Positions 17,646-26,624 of a DNA stretch of 41,201 bases are shown here, in pieces (position 1 is the first letter of the stretch; the number at the start of each line of letters is the position of its first letter). Below the pieces are notes generated by a model. That model was given only the letters and a program-made list of their open reading frames with translations. It was not told where the DNA came from and searched no databases. Origin of the DNA: a virus. Its lineage: Duplodnaviria > Caudoviricetes. Made by a program: the position numbers and the translations under genes. The stretch spans positions 1-41,201 of IMG/VR virus record IMGVR_UViG_3300048599_000883; one strand, written 5' to 3'.

Positions 17646-18091
17646 AGGAGGTCCCTCCAGTCGACGTCGTAGTCGTCGAAGCCGACGTCTGGGGTCTCGA
17701 GCTCACCGCGGGTGGTCGAGATGGTGCCGAGACCGCGGATGCCCTTCGAGCGGATCCCGACGCGTGCCTTCTCCTCGTCGGAGAGCGACATGCCGAGCGC
17801 GTACCAAGCGGCGACGCTCTTCGAGAACGGCCCGGACACCTGCTGGGTGATGCCCTTGGGGTTGAAGTAGACGCGGGCGGCGACCTCGAGCACGACGCTG
17901 CGCGCCTCGCCGAGCTGGACCTCGGACACGTCCGGCTCAGGCTCGCCGTCCTCGCCCACCCACGCGCGGTCCGTCTCGGATCGCACGAGGGTGGACGCGG
18001 CGGTGAGGATGGCCTCCGCCCGCGAATCGTTCGTGACCGGGTCAGGGACCCACGTCACGAACGTCTCAAGATCGACGAGCGGAGGCAGCAT
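17642..18091 (-). CDS. Head-to-tail adaptor
   Basis: Follows the capsid gene; AEAIL..AS.LVR...VAARVYFNPKG.TQQVSGPFS. Confidence 0.88.
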   Translation of the reverse strand: MLPPLVDLETFVTWVPDPVTNDSRAEAILTAASTLVRSETDRAWVGEDGEPEPDVSEVQLGEARSVVLEVAARVYFNPKGITQQVSGPFSKSVAAWYALGMSLSDEEKARVGIRSKGIRGLGTISTTRGELETPDVGFDDYDVDWRDLL

Positions 18092-19056
18092 CAGGAGCCG
18101 GCGCGGGTGATCTTCACCGCACGGATGAACTGCAGGTCCGTGCCGTTCTCGTTGTCCGGCTCCTCCGCGGCGACCCAGCGGCCGTCGTCGTCGAACTCGC
18201 CGTGGTCCTGCACGATGTTCGTGCCCACGAACGAGTCGAAGCCCAGGATGTCCTGCCAGGCGTCAGCGGACGGGTCGAACGCCCGGATGGCGCGCATCGC
18301 GAAGCCGCCCTTGGACATCGTGGTGCCCCACGGCACGCCCTCGGGCACCTGGGGCACCTTCGAGGAACCCGCGTACGCGGTGCGGTGGAACGCGAAGCCC
18401 TCGTCGGGGTCGAGCGCGGCGGAGACGAGGATGCGACCGAACCCGGCGAGCGGGAGGATCATCGCCTCGCGCAGCGCCGCGTTGCCGCTGTCACCTGCGG
18501 AGTCGGCCCGGCGGGCCTGGTCCGACGTGATGATGTCCTCGGCGATGTTCGCCCCGACGACGGCGACGCGGCCCGACTGGGGCACGAACGCCATGTTGAG
18601 GTGCTTGCCGGCGCGGGCGAACGAACGCTGGGGATCGTCGGGGTCGAACGCCACGGACTTCGCGTACGTCGCGCTGCCCATGAGGTCGGCGACCTCGTCC
18701 TCCCAGCCCTGCACCATGCCGGCGGAGATGGGCTGGAGGACCTGAGCGCCGAAGTCCTCGATGTCGAGCGTGAGCTCGGCGTCGGTGATCTCGACGTCCT
18801 TGTAGAGGTTGGTGGTCAGCGTGACTGCCACCGTGCCCTCGGCCAGCCCGTCGCGAGTGCGGGTCGCGCCGGAGCGCAGACCGCGCTTGCGTGCGGACGT
18901 CACGGCGGGGATGCGGAGGGTGATCGTGTCGCCCTTCGCGCCCTTGAAGTCGCCGGCGGGATCGAGCCAGATGAGCTGGGGGAGCACGGTCTCGCGGCGC
19001 AGGGCCCCGATCAGTGCGCCGACCACCTTCTCGGCCTTGATGAACTCCATCGCCAC
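18091..19056 (-). CDS. Major capsid protein
   Basis: 321 aa after the scaffold gene; DFKGAKGDTITLRIP, ELTLDIEDFGAQVL.P, AFHRTAY; ends in ...ITRAGS. Confidence 0.93.
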   Translation of the reverse strand: MAMEFIKAEKVVGALIGALRRETVLPQLIWLDPAGDFKGAKGDTITLRIPAVTSARKRGLRSGATRTRDGLAEGTVAVTLTTNLYKDVEITDAELTLDIEDFGAQVLQPISAGMVQGWEDEVADLMGSATYAKSVAFDPDDPQRSFARAGKHLNMAFVPQSGRVAVVGANIAEDIITSDQARRADSAGDSGNAALREAMILPLAGFGRILVSAALDPDEGFAFHRTAYAGSSKVPQVPEGVPWGTTMSKGGFAMRAIRAFDPSADAWQDILGFDSFVGTNIVQDHGEFDDDGRWVAAEEPDNENGTDLQFIRAVKITRAGS

Positions 19057-19121
19057 GGGGGACCTCCTTGGTCATGGGGGTGTGACCGCGTCGGCTCCGT
19101 GGCGGGGCCGTGCGGGGTTCC

Positions 19122-19658
19122 TCAGGGCCGGGGGATGGCGTCCGCGAGCTTGTCGGGGTCCATCTCCTCGACCTCCTCGGTCGGGTCCGTCCCGCCCCTC
19201 AGGGACTCGGACGGCTTGCTCGATGGCGGCGGGGTCGGCTTCTTCTCCGTGGCACCCGCGGGGAACTGCTCGAGGATCTCGTCCGCGTCGGCGGCGAGCT
19301 CCTCGATGGTGCTGCCGCTGAGCCGCTTCGCCTGGCCGGCGGTGAGGCCCTTGTCGAGAGCGACCTGGAGCCGGTCAGCGCGCTGGGCTTCGCTCGTGGC
19401 CTTGGCCTCGGCGGCGGCGAGCTTGTCGGCGGCCTTCTGAGCCTCCGACTTCTGCTCCTCCTCGAGCGCGTCGAACTTGTCGGCCTTGGCCTTGAGCTCG
19501 TTGTTCTTCGTGCGAGCTCCGGCGTTCTCCTGGCGGAGGCTCCGGACCATCGCCCTGAGCTCTTCGGGGTCGTCGGGCAGGTCGCCCTTCTTCGGCTCGT
19601 CCTTCTTCGGCTCCGGCTTCTTGCCGTCGTCCTTCGGGTCGTCGGTGCCTGGTGGCAT
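19122..19658 (-). CDS. Capsid scaffolding protein
   Basis: Charged coiled coil; KSEAQK, AKRLSGSTIEELAADADE and LRGG.DP motifs. Confidence 0.9.
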   Translation of the reverse strand: MPPGTDDPKDDGKKPEPKKDEPKKGDLPDDPEELRAMVRSLRQENAGARTKNNELKAKADKFDALEEEQKSEAQKAADKLAAAEAKATSEAQRADRLQVALDKGLTAGQAKRLSGSTIEELAADADEILEQFPAGATEKKPTPPPSSKPSESLRGGTDPTEEVEEMDPDKLADAIPRP

Positions 19659-19742
19659 GTGGTGGCCCTCCTGGGGCGTGTACCCCCGCCTCCTGGGCGG
19701 GGTCGGTCCGCGGTGTGCGGAGCGAATTGGGGTGCTGGTGGT

Positions 19743-20459
19743 TCAGCTCGAGCCGACCCAGGCGCGGACGCGGGCGTTCGCGTCGGCGCGCTGGGCGTCG
19801 GTCAGGTCGCGGCGCATGAACTGGGCGACCCGTTGGGTGTCGCCCCAGCCGTCGATGTAGAGCGGCTGCGAAGAGCAGCTGCAGCTGTCGTGCGCGGCGA
19901 AGTGCCGGGTGGCCTCGTCGTACACAGCCCCTCGGTCAGCGAGGTTCGAGCAGAACTTGCAGGCGGATCCGGAGGTGACCCGGCGGTACCCGCGGGCGGC
20001 GGGGTCGGCCTTGGTCGTCTCTGCGATGGTCTCGCGGCCGCCGGCGAGGGCGTGGCGCATGCCCGATGCCGCCGACGTCGCCTGAGCGGTCTCCGCTGCA
20101 GCGGCGAGCGGCCGGGCGAGCGTCATCGCCTGCTTGAGCGCTACCGGTCCGGTCACGGTCAGCGACGTCGTCAGGGCCGTGACGTCGACCGCGGACATGA
20201 CGACCGGGGCGAACATCTCGCCGACGGCGAGCAGCCTCGACACGTTCAGGAAGTCCGCGGCGAGCCGCGCCGACTCCGTGCGCCGCTGCTGTATCACCCG
20301 CGTTGAGACGAGCAGCCAGTTCGGCGTCGTCTCGTCGAGACGCTTCGGGTCGATCAGCGACCAGGTGGCGAGGAGATCGGCGACCGTTGCGACTCCGAGC
20401 CGGGCCTGAGCGAGCCGATGGGCCTCGGTGATTCGCGACGCCTCGAGCGTCGCGCTCAC
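19743..20459 (-). CDS. MuF-like minor head / capsid maturation protein
   Basis: Follows the portal gene; GGRET, RRV...CKFC..LA.RGAVY...AHDSCSC motifs. Confidence 0.85.
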   Translation of the reverse strand: MSATLEASRITEAHRLAQARLGVATVADLLATWSLIDPKRLDETTPNWLLVSTRVIQQRRTESARLAADFLNVSRLLAVGEMFAPVVMSAVDVTALTTSLTVTGPVALKQAMTLARPLAAAAETAQATSAASGMRHALAGGRETIAETTKADPAARGYRRVTSGSACKFCSNLADRGAVYDEATRHFAAHDSCSCSSQPLYIDGWGDTQRVAQFMRRDLTDAQRADANARVRAWVGSS

Positions 20460-21844
20460 GCTGCACCAGGCAGCACGAGCCCCGATTCGGGTTCGGGCGA
20501 CACCTGTCCCGCCTTCAACTCCCGGATGAGCTCGCCGAGGCCGCCACCGCGCTCGGTGATCTCCTTGGCCTCGTCGATGTCGGTCTGGGTGAAGCCCGGA
20601 ATCTTCGGCCAGAGGACCTCGACGGGCACGCCGAGCTGCTGTGCCAGCTTGCCGAGCGCGTCGGCGGCCTGGGACAGCGAACGAATGCTGGTGTCGGCCC
20701 ACCGGACGTTCGCTGCGAAGTCAGCAGCACCGTCGGCGTCGCCGAGGATGGCGCAGTTCAGACGGAGGTGCTGAGCCAGGTCCTCACCGAGGGTGAGCTT
20801 CCGCTCGTCGGACTTCGCCGTCTGGGACGCCTTCGCCGCGGCGAGCGCCTCAGCCGACAGGTTCGCCATCTGGCCGAGCAGCTCGAACGCCGGCGTCTGC
20901 GACACGGCAGCGAGGTCGGTCTTGTCGGCCTCGTGCGCCTTGATGAACCCGTCGAGTTGGGTCGCCGGCAGCGATCCGAACTTCGTGTCCTTGTCCTCAG
21001 CGACCAGGAAGTCCTCGACTGAAAGCCGGATCTTCGCCTGCTCGCTCGACTCGCCCTCGCGTGCGGATTCCTCGACGGACATGCCGGCGATCGTCTTCAC
21101 GATCCACGAGGCGAACCGCTGCACGATCAGCCGGTCGTAGGAGGTCTGGTCGATCTTGCCGAGTAGCGGGATGAACGGCTCGACCTCACCGGTCGATCGA
21201 CCCTCGAGGTCGAACCGGTTGCAGTAGCGCACGACCGGCGTGACACCGACCTCGTGCACCTCTTCCTCCCAGCCCTTCGGCTTGTCCTCGAGGTTCTCGA
21301 TCGTCGCCGTGTACCGCAGCGTGTCGTCGAGCACCCGGAGGCGGTAGCCGCCCTTGACCTTCGACACGGCGAGTGTGAACTGGGGCCACTCGTCCTCGGC
21401 GACATCGGCGTAGACGGCCACCATGTCGCGGGGGCTCACCGCCCGCATCACTGGCATCGGCTCGCCGGTCAGCGCGTCGACGCCGGGCATGGACGTGCCG
21501 TAGGCGATGCCGTAGGTGAGGACCGAGCGGTACAGCGCGACCTGGCGGCCGCCGAACCGGTTGGCCTGGAAGGTGCGCCAGGCGGTCGTGTCGTCGGGGT
21601 CGTCGGGTCGGCGGTACCCGACGGCGTTGAGCGTCTGAGCGACGCTCGAGACGATCAGGTCGCCCCACGGGGCTTGGGCCCGCTTCGCGAGCTCGGTGTG
21701 CTCGCTCGTCGCCCTCTTCGGCTTGCTCGGCTTGTCGTGGTCCCACCGGGCCCACCGGTCGATCCGGTTGAGCTTGCGGCGCTCTCGTCGCCACAGAGGG
21801 AGCAGCTGGTCTCCCACCAACTGCGACAGCTCGTTGTGATCCAC
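20456..21844 (-). CDS. Portal protein (SPP1 gp6-like)
   Basis: 462 aa after terL; H.VGVTPVVRY.N, GEVEP.I, NLSAEALAAA. Confidence 0.93.
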   Translation of the reverse strand: MDHNELSQLVGDQLLPLWRRERRKLNRIDRWARWDHDKPSKPKRATSEHTELAKRAQAPWGDLIVSSVAQTLNAVGYRRPDDPDDTTAWRTFQANRFGGRQVALYRSVLTYGIAYGTSMPGVDALTGEPMPVMRAVSPRDMVAVYADVAEDEWPQFTLAVSKVKGGYRLRVLDDTLRYTATIENLEDKPKGWEEEVHEVGVTPVVRYCNRFDLEGRSTGEVEPFIPLLGKIDQTSYDRLIVQRFASWIVKTIAGMSVEESAREGESSEQAKIRLSVEDFLVAEDKDTKFGSLPATQLDGFIKAHEADKTDLAAVSQTPAFELLGQMANLSAEALAAAKASQTAKSDERKLTLGEDLAQHLRLNCAILGDADGAADFAANVRWADTSIRSLSQAADALGKLAQQLGVPVEVLWPKIPGFTQTDIDEAKEITERGGGLGELIRELKAGQVSPEPESGLVLPGAA

Positions 21845-21857
21845 CAGGCCCCTCCTT

Positions 21858-23648
21858 TCACCAGACGCGGCCGCTGCGCTTCTGCGTGAGCACGCCGCTG
21901 TTGAGCACCAGGCGCCGGAGCATCCGGCCGCCGACCATGCACACCGCGAGGTCGACCTTCTTGGGCGACTCGCGGTGCCCCTTCCAGAGCGACACGCCGT
22001 AGCGGTTGGGGTACCGCTTCGCGTTGCGCACGTGGATCCGCATGCGTCCGTCGCCGTCCCATGTGAGCGCCGGCGTCTCGTCGTTCATGACGGCGGTCGC
22101 TGCCGCTTCCATGTCGGCGATGCACCGCTCGGCCGCCGCGGTGAACTCCGCGGTTCGGCCGGGCGAGGCCATGTCCCACATGATCGAGTGGCCGGTCTTG
22201 CCGGGCTTCGCCCACAGGAGCAGCTGGTCCTTGTACCGGCGATGCCACTCGTCGATGAGGTCGTCCCAGAACCGCTCCTGAGTCTCGTCATCTCGGGCGT
22301 GGCTCGGGTCGGCGAAGAACGCGACGACCTCGTAGTCCTCGAACACCTGGGTCACTCGGGCGTCGACGGAGTGCCGCGGAACGATCCAGTCCTTCGCCCG
22401 GCCCTTCGGCGGTTTCTGCCACAGGCCGAGCGTGATGACGTGGCCATCCGAGATGCGCACGCCCACGAGGGCGGTCGCATCGTCGGACTTCGAGCCGTCG
22501 AAGAACAGGACGATCTGGTCGGACCCGATGACCTTCGTGCGGTCGATCAGCAGCTCGAACTTCTGGGGGTCGGCCCAGGCGTCCTCCGTGGCGGTGACCT
22601 GGTTGTACCAGAACCGCCTCGATCGGCTCGGGGAGTTGCGTGGGTCGAGGATCGACTTCACGATCCGCTTCGTCGAGAGCCAGACCGAGTCGCCGCGGAT
22701 GGCCTCGACGACCGCGGGCGCATCCTCGGCGGTGAGCGGCGCCTCGGGTGGCGCCTCGAGCGAGTCGTACAGCGTCGACGAGTCGAGCTCGGTCTCGCCG
22801 GCGAGGGCGAGCTCCCACGCTTCGCGGTCGCGGAGACCAACCGAGTCCTGCGACGGGTCCGGGGCGTTGGTGATCGCGAGCGACCTTGCGGCGCCGTCGG
22901 AGCTCTTCGTGGCGTTGCGCTCGATGACGTCCGCCATCTCATGGCCCGAGTTGGACTCGAGCCAGTGCTGGGTCTCGTTCTTCAGCACCGCGGTGGCCCG
23001 GACGCCCTCGAGGGTCGTCGGGGACGAGGTGACCGCCTCGATCAGGCGGTCGTCGCCCAGGCCGTGGACCGTCTCCTTCAGGATCTGCAGGCGGAACCGG
23101 CGCTTCGCCTCCGGCGTCCAGAGCCGCGGGAAGAGCCGCATCGTGTTCTTCGTCTGCTGCAGCGATGTCGCCGCGACTTGGACCCACGCCTCGGGCGAGT
23201 CGGTGGCGATCGGGTGATCGCCGTCCCAGCCGGCGAAGCGGCAGGGCCCGAAGGCCTCGATCCCGAGGTAGGTCGCGCCGACCGGATCTTTGCCCCAGCC
23301 CTTCAGCCGCTGGAGCACACCGTCGTCGTAGGCGAACGAGCCATCCGGCTCGAGCGAGTACCACCAGAGGAGGAACCGGGCCTGCTCGAGGGTGTAGCGC
23401 CAGGGCTTGCCCGGCGCGTGCTGGAAGTTGGTGCCGGCGAATCCGAGCGCGTCCCACCCGAGCGTCGCGTGTGGCAGGACCCACAGTCCGTCGCGGCCGA
23501 TCTGCCAGGTCGGACCCAGCCGGACGGGCTCCCACGGGCAGCCGGCCCAGGGCAGCTCGGCCGGCCGAGCGAGCTGCTCGCGGTACCAGCGGATGACATC
23601 GTCGTGGTCTTCGCCGACCTGGACAGCGCGTACGGCCCTACGCGCCAC
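21858..23648 (-). CDS. terL: Terminase large subunit
   Basis: QRLKGWGKDP Walker A, NETQHW Walker B, FFDGSKSDDATAL nuclease, SPKKVDLAV. Confidence 0.96.
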   Translation of the reverse strand: MARRAVRAVQVGEDHDDVIRWYREQLARPAELPWAGCPWEPVRLGPTWQIGRDGLWVLPHATLGWDALGFAGTNFQHAPGKPWRYTLEQARFLLWWYSLEPDGSFAYDDGVLQRLKGWGKDPVGATYLGIEAFGPCRFAGWDGDHPIATDSPEAWVQVAATSLQQTKNTMRLFPRLWTPEAKRRFRLQILKETVHGLGDDRLIEAVTSSPTTLEGVRATAVLKNETQHWLESNSGHEMADVIERNATKSSDGAARSLAITNAPDPSQDSVGLRDREAWELALAGETELDSSTLYDSLEAPPEAPLTAEDAPAVVEAIRGDSVWLSTKRIVKSILDPRNSPSRSRRFWYNQVTATEDAWADPQKFELLIDRTKVIGSDQIVLFFDGSKSDDATALVGVRISDGHVITLGLWQKPPKGRAKDWIVPRHSVDARVTQVFEDYEVVAFFADPSHARDDETQERFWDDLIDEWHRRYKDQLLLWAKPGKTGHSIMWDMASPGRTAEFTAAAERCIADMEAAATAVMNDETPALTWDGDGRMRIHVRNAKRYPNRYGVSLWKGHRESPKKVDLAVCMVGGRMLRRLVLNSGVLTQKRSGRVW

Positions 23649-24003
23649 TGCGCCATCGAGACTCTGCGGCGGCCCGAGCCCCGGTGGAGTCGCCCTGCCC
23701 CTCGCCGGGCACTGGGGTGCCGTCGTCGGGCAGCTTCAGCGCGGCGAACAGCTGGCGCAGCTGGCCGCGGTGCTGGCGGATCTCCTGGACAAGCGGGTTG
23801 GCGACGGGCTGGCCCATCGAGCCGTGCACGATGAGCTCGGCATCCTGCAGCGCCTCCTCGAGCCGGTCGATCAGGTCGACCTCGCGGCACGCGTCCTCGA
23901 GGATCCGGTACTCGTCGGGTCGGAGCACGTAGGTCGAGCAGACCGCCTTCCACATCTTGCGGCCGGCGGCGCCGAGGTTCTTCGGCGCGGGCTTCGTCGC
24001 CAC
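23638..24003 (-). CDS. terS: Terminase small subunit
   Basis: P..LG.AGRK.W, LEDACREVD, GSMGQPVANPLVQE.RQHR; GTG at 24003 after AGGAGG. Confidence 0.9.
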   Translation of the reverse strand: MATKPAPKNLGAAGRKMWKAVCSTYVLRPDEYRILEDACREVDLIDRLEEALQDAELIVHGSMGQPVANPLVQEIRQHRGQLRQLFAALKLPDDGTPVPGEGQGDSTGARAAAESRWRSGA

Positions 24004-24089
24004 GGTGACCTCCTGGGTCGCCGCCACCTGGGCGGTTGGGCACTACCGGGCCGGCCTGAAAAACAGGGGAAGGGCCCGCACGCATCCGG

Positions 24090-24141
24090 AGCTGCTATGC
24101 CGAACGGCCGTGGTGGGGGTGGGGGAGGGGGGTCACCCCCC
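24090..24141 (-). other. Putative cos/packaging site (candidate 3' overhang CGTTCGGCAT, 24106-24097)
   Basis: Gap between HNH and terS; GGGGGGTGACCCCCC inverted repeat and C-runs followed by CGGCCGTTCGGCATAGC. Resembles the layout of 3'-cos actinophages as recalled, not as searched. Confidence 0.5.
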
Positions 24142-24423
24142 ACCCCTGCGGCGCAGTCCCGGGTGCTGCTCAGGTGGTCGAGTCCGGCTCTTCCGGGCCC
24201 GGCCACGTTGTTGCTCAGCGCGTGTCTTCTCCCTGTGGTGGCCGCGGCACAGCCCCTGGCCGTTGGACTCGTCGTCCGTGCCGCCCTCGGCCTTCGGGAT
24301 GACGTGGTCCGCTTCGACCGACGGGCGGTCGCAGTCGGGCCACATGCACACCGGATTGCGCTCGAGGATCCGCCTGGCCGTCGCAGTCGGGAAGCCATCG
24401 CTGTGGCTGCCGGCCCAGCTCAT
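24133..24423 (-). CDS. HNH endonuclease (terminase-associated)
   Basis: C....C...ADHVIP..EGGTD...N.QGLC..HH.EKT; directly upstream of terS. Confidence 0.92.
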   Translation of the reverse strand: MSWAGSHSDGFPTATARRILERNPVCMWPDCDRPSVEADHVIPKAEGGTDDESNGQGLCRGHHREKTRAEQQRGRARKSRTRPPEQHPGLRRRGGG

Positions 24424-24447
24424 CGGGTCAGACCCTGAGACGCGAAC

Positions 24448-24522
24448 GAGGCGTGGCCCACCAGGGGCGCACGCCTCAGCAATGGCGGCAACGTACCACC
24501 TCGGTGGTGACAGGTGGTGACA
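24448..24522 (-). promoter_or_regulatory. Putative late promoter with a tandem direct repeat and leader hairpin
   Basis: Minus strand TGTCACCACC twice (24503-24522), extended -10 TGG-TACGTT (24490-24498), then hairpin GAGGCGTG...CACGCCTC (24448-24477). Confidence 0.55.
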
Positions 24523-24529
24523 TCGCTGC

Positions 24530-24922
24530 TCAGTGCTCCTCGTTGACGCGGTACAGGTGCTGCTGCGCGACCACCGTGAGACCCAGCAGGCCGAGGGTGC
24601 GCTCCTCGCCACCGAAGCGGACGCCGTACGACGGGGCACCGTCGTGGTCGAGGTAGCTGTACGCCGCGACGTAGCCGTTCAGGATCGCAACCCGCGGGTC
24701 GAGAGCGACGATCAACGGAGCGAGGCCGTGGGCATCAGTGCCGAGCTGTTCCCCGGCAGTGCGCAGCCGCCTGACCTCCGTCAGCGCTGATGCTGCCTTC
24801 GATCCGCCGAGTGGGCCAGGGCGGCCAAGCGCGTCGAAGACCAGGTCCCACTCGTTCAGGACCTGCACCGCTGACTCCTTCCACGCTCGGAGCCGCTCGA
24901 GCTCGTCGACCTGGTCACCCAT
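24530..24922 (-). CDS. Hypothetical protein
   Basis: 130 aa ORF in the coupled early operon with phage-like codon bias. Confidence 0.7.
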   Translation of the reverse strand: MGDQVDELERLRAWKESAVQVLNEWDLVFDALGRPGPLGGSKAASALTEVRRLRTAGEQLGTDAHGLAPLIVALDPRVAILNGYVAAYSYLDHDGAPSYGVRFGGEERTLGLLGLTVVAQQHLYRVNEEH

Positions 24923-25259
24923 TGGCTCGCACCAGTCGAAGCACCCAGACATTCGGTTCGCCGTCGCCTGCTTCGGCCAGCTCGATCAGGCCGGCTGCCT
25001 GCAGATCAGCCCAGCAGTTCCGGATCGTCTGGCGCGACGTAAGCCCGGTCATCTCCAGCAGCAGCCGCACCGGGTCGCTGAACTCTCCGTGCTCGTTGGA
25101 CCGCTCGAGCATCGCCAGCCCAACGAGCTTGCGGGTCGACGACAGGCTGGTGTCCCAGAGCGCCCACCGCCACTCCCGGCGGAGCGTGAACTCTCGCCGC
25201 TGGCGTCGCTCCACCCGCTCGGCTGGGGTGCGGTACACCGAGGCGAGGTCGATCGTCAT
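24915..25259 (-). CDS. Stand-alone winged-helix protein (initiator N-terminal/HTH_36-like)
   Basis: LSSTRKLVGLAM...MTGLTSRQTIRNCWADLQAAGLI; GGGAG RBS. Confidence 0.7.
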   Translation of the reverse strand: MTIDLASVYRTPAERVERRQRREFTLRREWRWALWDTSLSSTRKLVGLAMLERSNEHGEFSDPVRLLLEMTGLTSRQTIRNCWADLQAAGLIELAEAGDGEPNVWVLRLVRANG

Positions 25260-25303
25260 GTGCTTCTCCCTGGAGTGTCGGGACAGGATCGAGAGTGAGG
25301 TCG

Positions 25304-26005
25304 TCATCCATCGGCGTCGCCGCTGAGGATGCGTGCGAGCACGTCGTCAGGCACGGCCGGCCCGAGCCGTGCGAGCTCTTCCTGCTGACGCCACGTGAGG
25401 TTGTACTCGCGCCCCTGGAAGAACATCGACGTGACTCGGGAGCCGTCGGTGCGCACCAGCGTGCGGTCCTCTGAGATGCCCGACCACTTCGCCCGGTCGC
25501 GTTCGAACTGGGCCCGGTCGGCGCCCCCTGGTCCTTCCCAGGCCGCCTCGACACGGAGCCACGCCCGGTAGCAGGCCTGGCAGTAGTCGCCGCGTGGGCG
25601 GTCGTTCGCCGTCATGGCGATCACGCGCTCGCAGGCCTTGCACGCCACCTTGGGGCGCTCGGGCTTCTCAGCGGTCTCGCCCATGCGCCCGATCGGTGAG
25701 AGCCGCTCGAGCTCACGGCGAGCCCCGTAGGCGCCGGCATAGATCGTGGCCAGCTCGTCGTCGACGTTGGCCAGGACCTTGGCGGCGAACTCGCGGGCGA
25801 AGAACTCCGCCAGGACCGGGTCGGAGTGGGTGTCGCCGCCGCTCACCCGTTCGGCGATCGAGGCGCCGCCTGGGGACATCAGCAGTGCTGCGCCCGTCTG
25901 GGCGGCGTCGAGCTCGGTGAGCAGCGCTGTGACGCGCTCGACGAGGCCCAGAAGGTGGCTGCGTCGGTCGCGGAACTGGCGGTGGAGCTCTGAGGGTCGT
26001 GTCAC
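25304..26005 (-). CDS. Hypothetical Zn-finger protein
   Basis: CKAC...CQAC motif; RVSGG.HSDP; 233 aa. Confidence 0.7.
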   Translation of the reverse strand: MTRPSELHRQFRDRRSHLLGLVERVTALLTELDAAQTGAALLMSPGGASIAERVSGGDTHSDPVLAEFFAREFAAKVLANVDDELATIYAGAYGARRELERLSPIGRMGETAEKPERPKVACKACERVIAMTANDRPRGDYCQACYRAWLRVEAAWEGPGGADRAQFERDRAKWSGISEDRTLVRTDGSRVTSMFFQGREYNLTWRQQEELARLGPAVPDDVLARILSGDADG

Positions 26006-26193
26006 GTTTCGTAGTGCAATCGGCTCGGTCCGCCGTCACGGCGGAGGGGTTCGGGTCGTCCTTCGGTGGGGTCGCCGCCGCTCTTCACGTCGGGCAGGCG
26101 TCGCATCGCCTTGTCGAAGCGCTCGAGCTCGGGATGACCGCGGTGCCAGCTCTTGCGCCGCTTCGACCCCTTGCCCTTCTGGCGGCGGCCCAT
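26002..26193 (-). CDS. Small basic hypothetical protein
   Basis: 63 aa, coupled on both sides, Lys/Arg-rich N-terminus. Confidence 0.6.
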   Translation of the reverse strand: MGRRQKGKGSKRRKSWHRGHPELERFDKAMRRLPDVKSGGDPTEGRPEPLRRDGGPSRLHYET

Positions 26194-26624
26194 CAGATCG
26201 GCTGGCCGTCGTGGTAGGGCGTGCCCATGACTCGCTGCCGGTACTCAGCGAGCGCAGCCTCGTAGGCGACCGGGAAGAGCCGGGCGGCCATCTCGTTGCG
26301 GTGTCGGTTGTCCCGATAGCCGTCGCCGCTGACGGCCACGATCTCGTGGTTGCCGCGGTCGCGGGCGGTCCATCGGTGCTCGTGGGCGGTGTCCTCGAAG
26401 AGCAGGAGCTCGACGCGTGGGTCGGCGACGACGATGAGCCCGTCCTGGGCGATGCCCATCAGCGCGTCGTGGGCGATCGCCGCGGCGTCGATGGCGAGCT
26501 CGGGCACGCCGTCGACGATGCGCGTGAACGCCTTGGCCTGGTGTGCGTTGATGGCCCGCACGATCGGGGCGGTGGTGCCGGAGTTGATCCAGCTGGGGAC
26601 GGGCGGGTCGACGGTGGTGGTCAT
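26193..26624 (-). CDS. Hypothetical protein with a YegP/DUF1508-like segment
   Basis: FEDT..EHRWTA...NHEIVAVSGDGY; AGGAG RBS. Confidence 0.6.
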   Translation of the reverse strand: MTTTVDPPVPSWINSGTTAPIVRAINAHQAKAFTRIVDGVPELAIDAAAIAHDALMGIAQDGLIVVADPRVELLLFEDTAHEHRWTARDRGNHEIVAVSGDGYRDNRHRNEMAARLFPVAYEAALAEYRQRVMGTPYHDGQPI

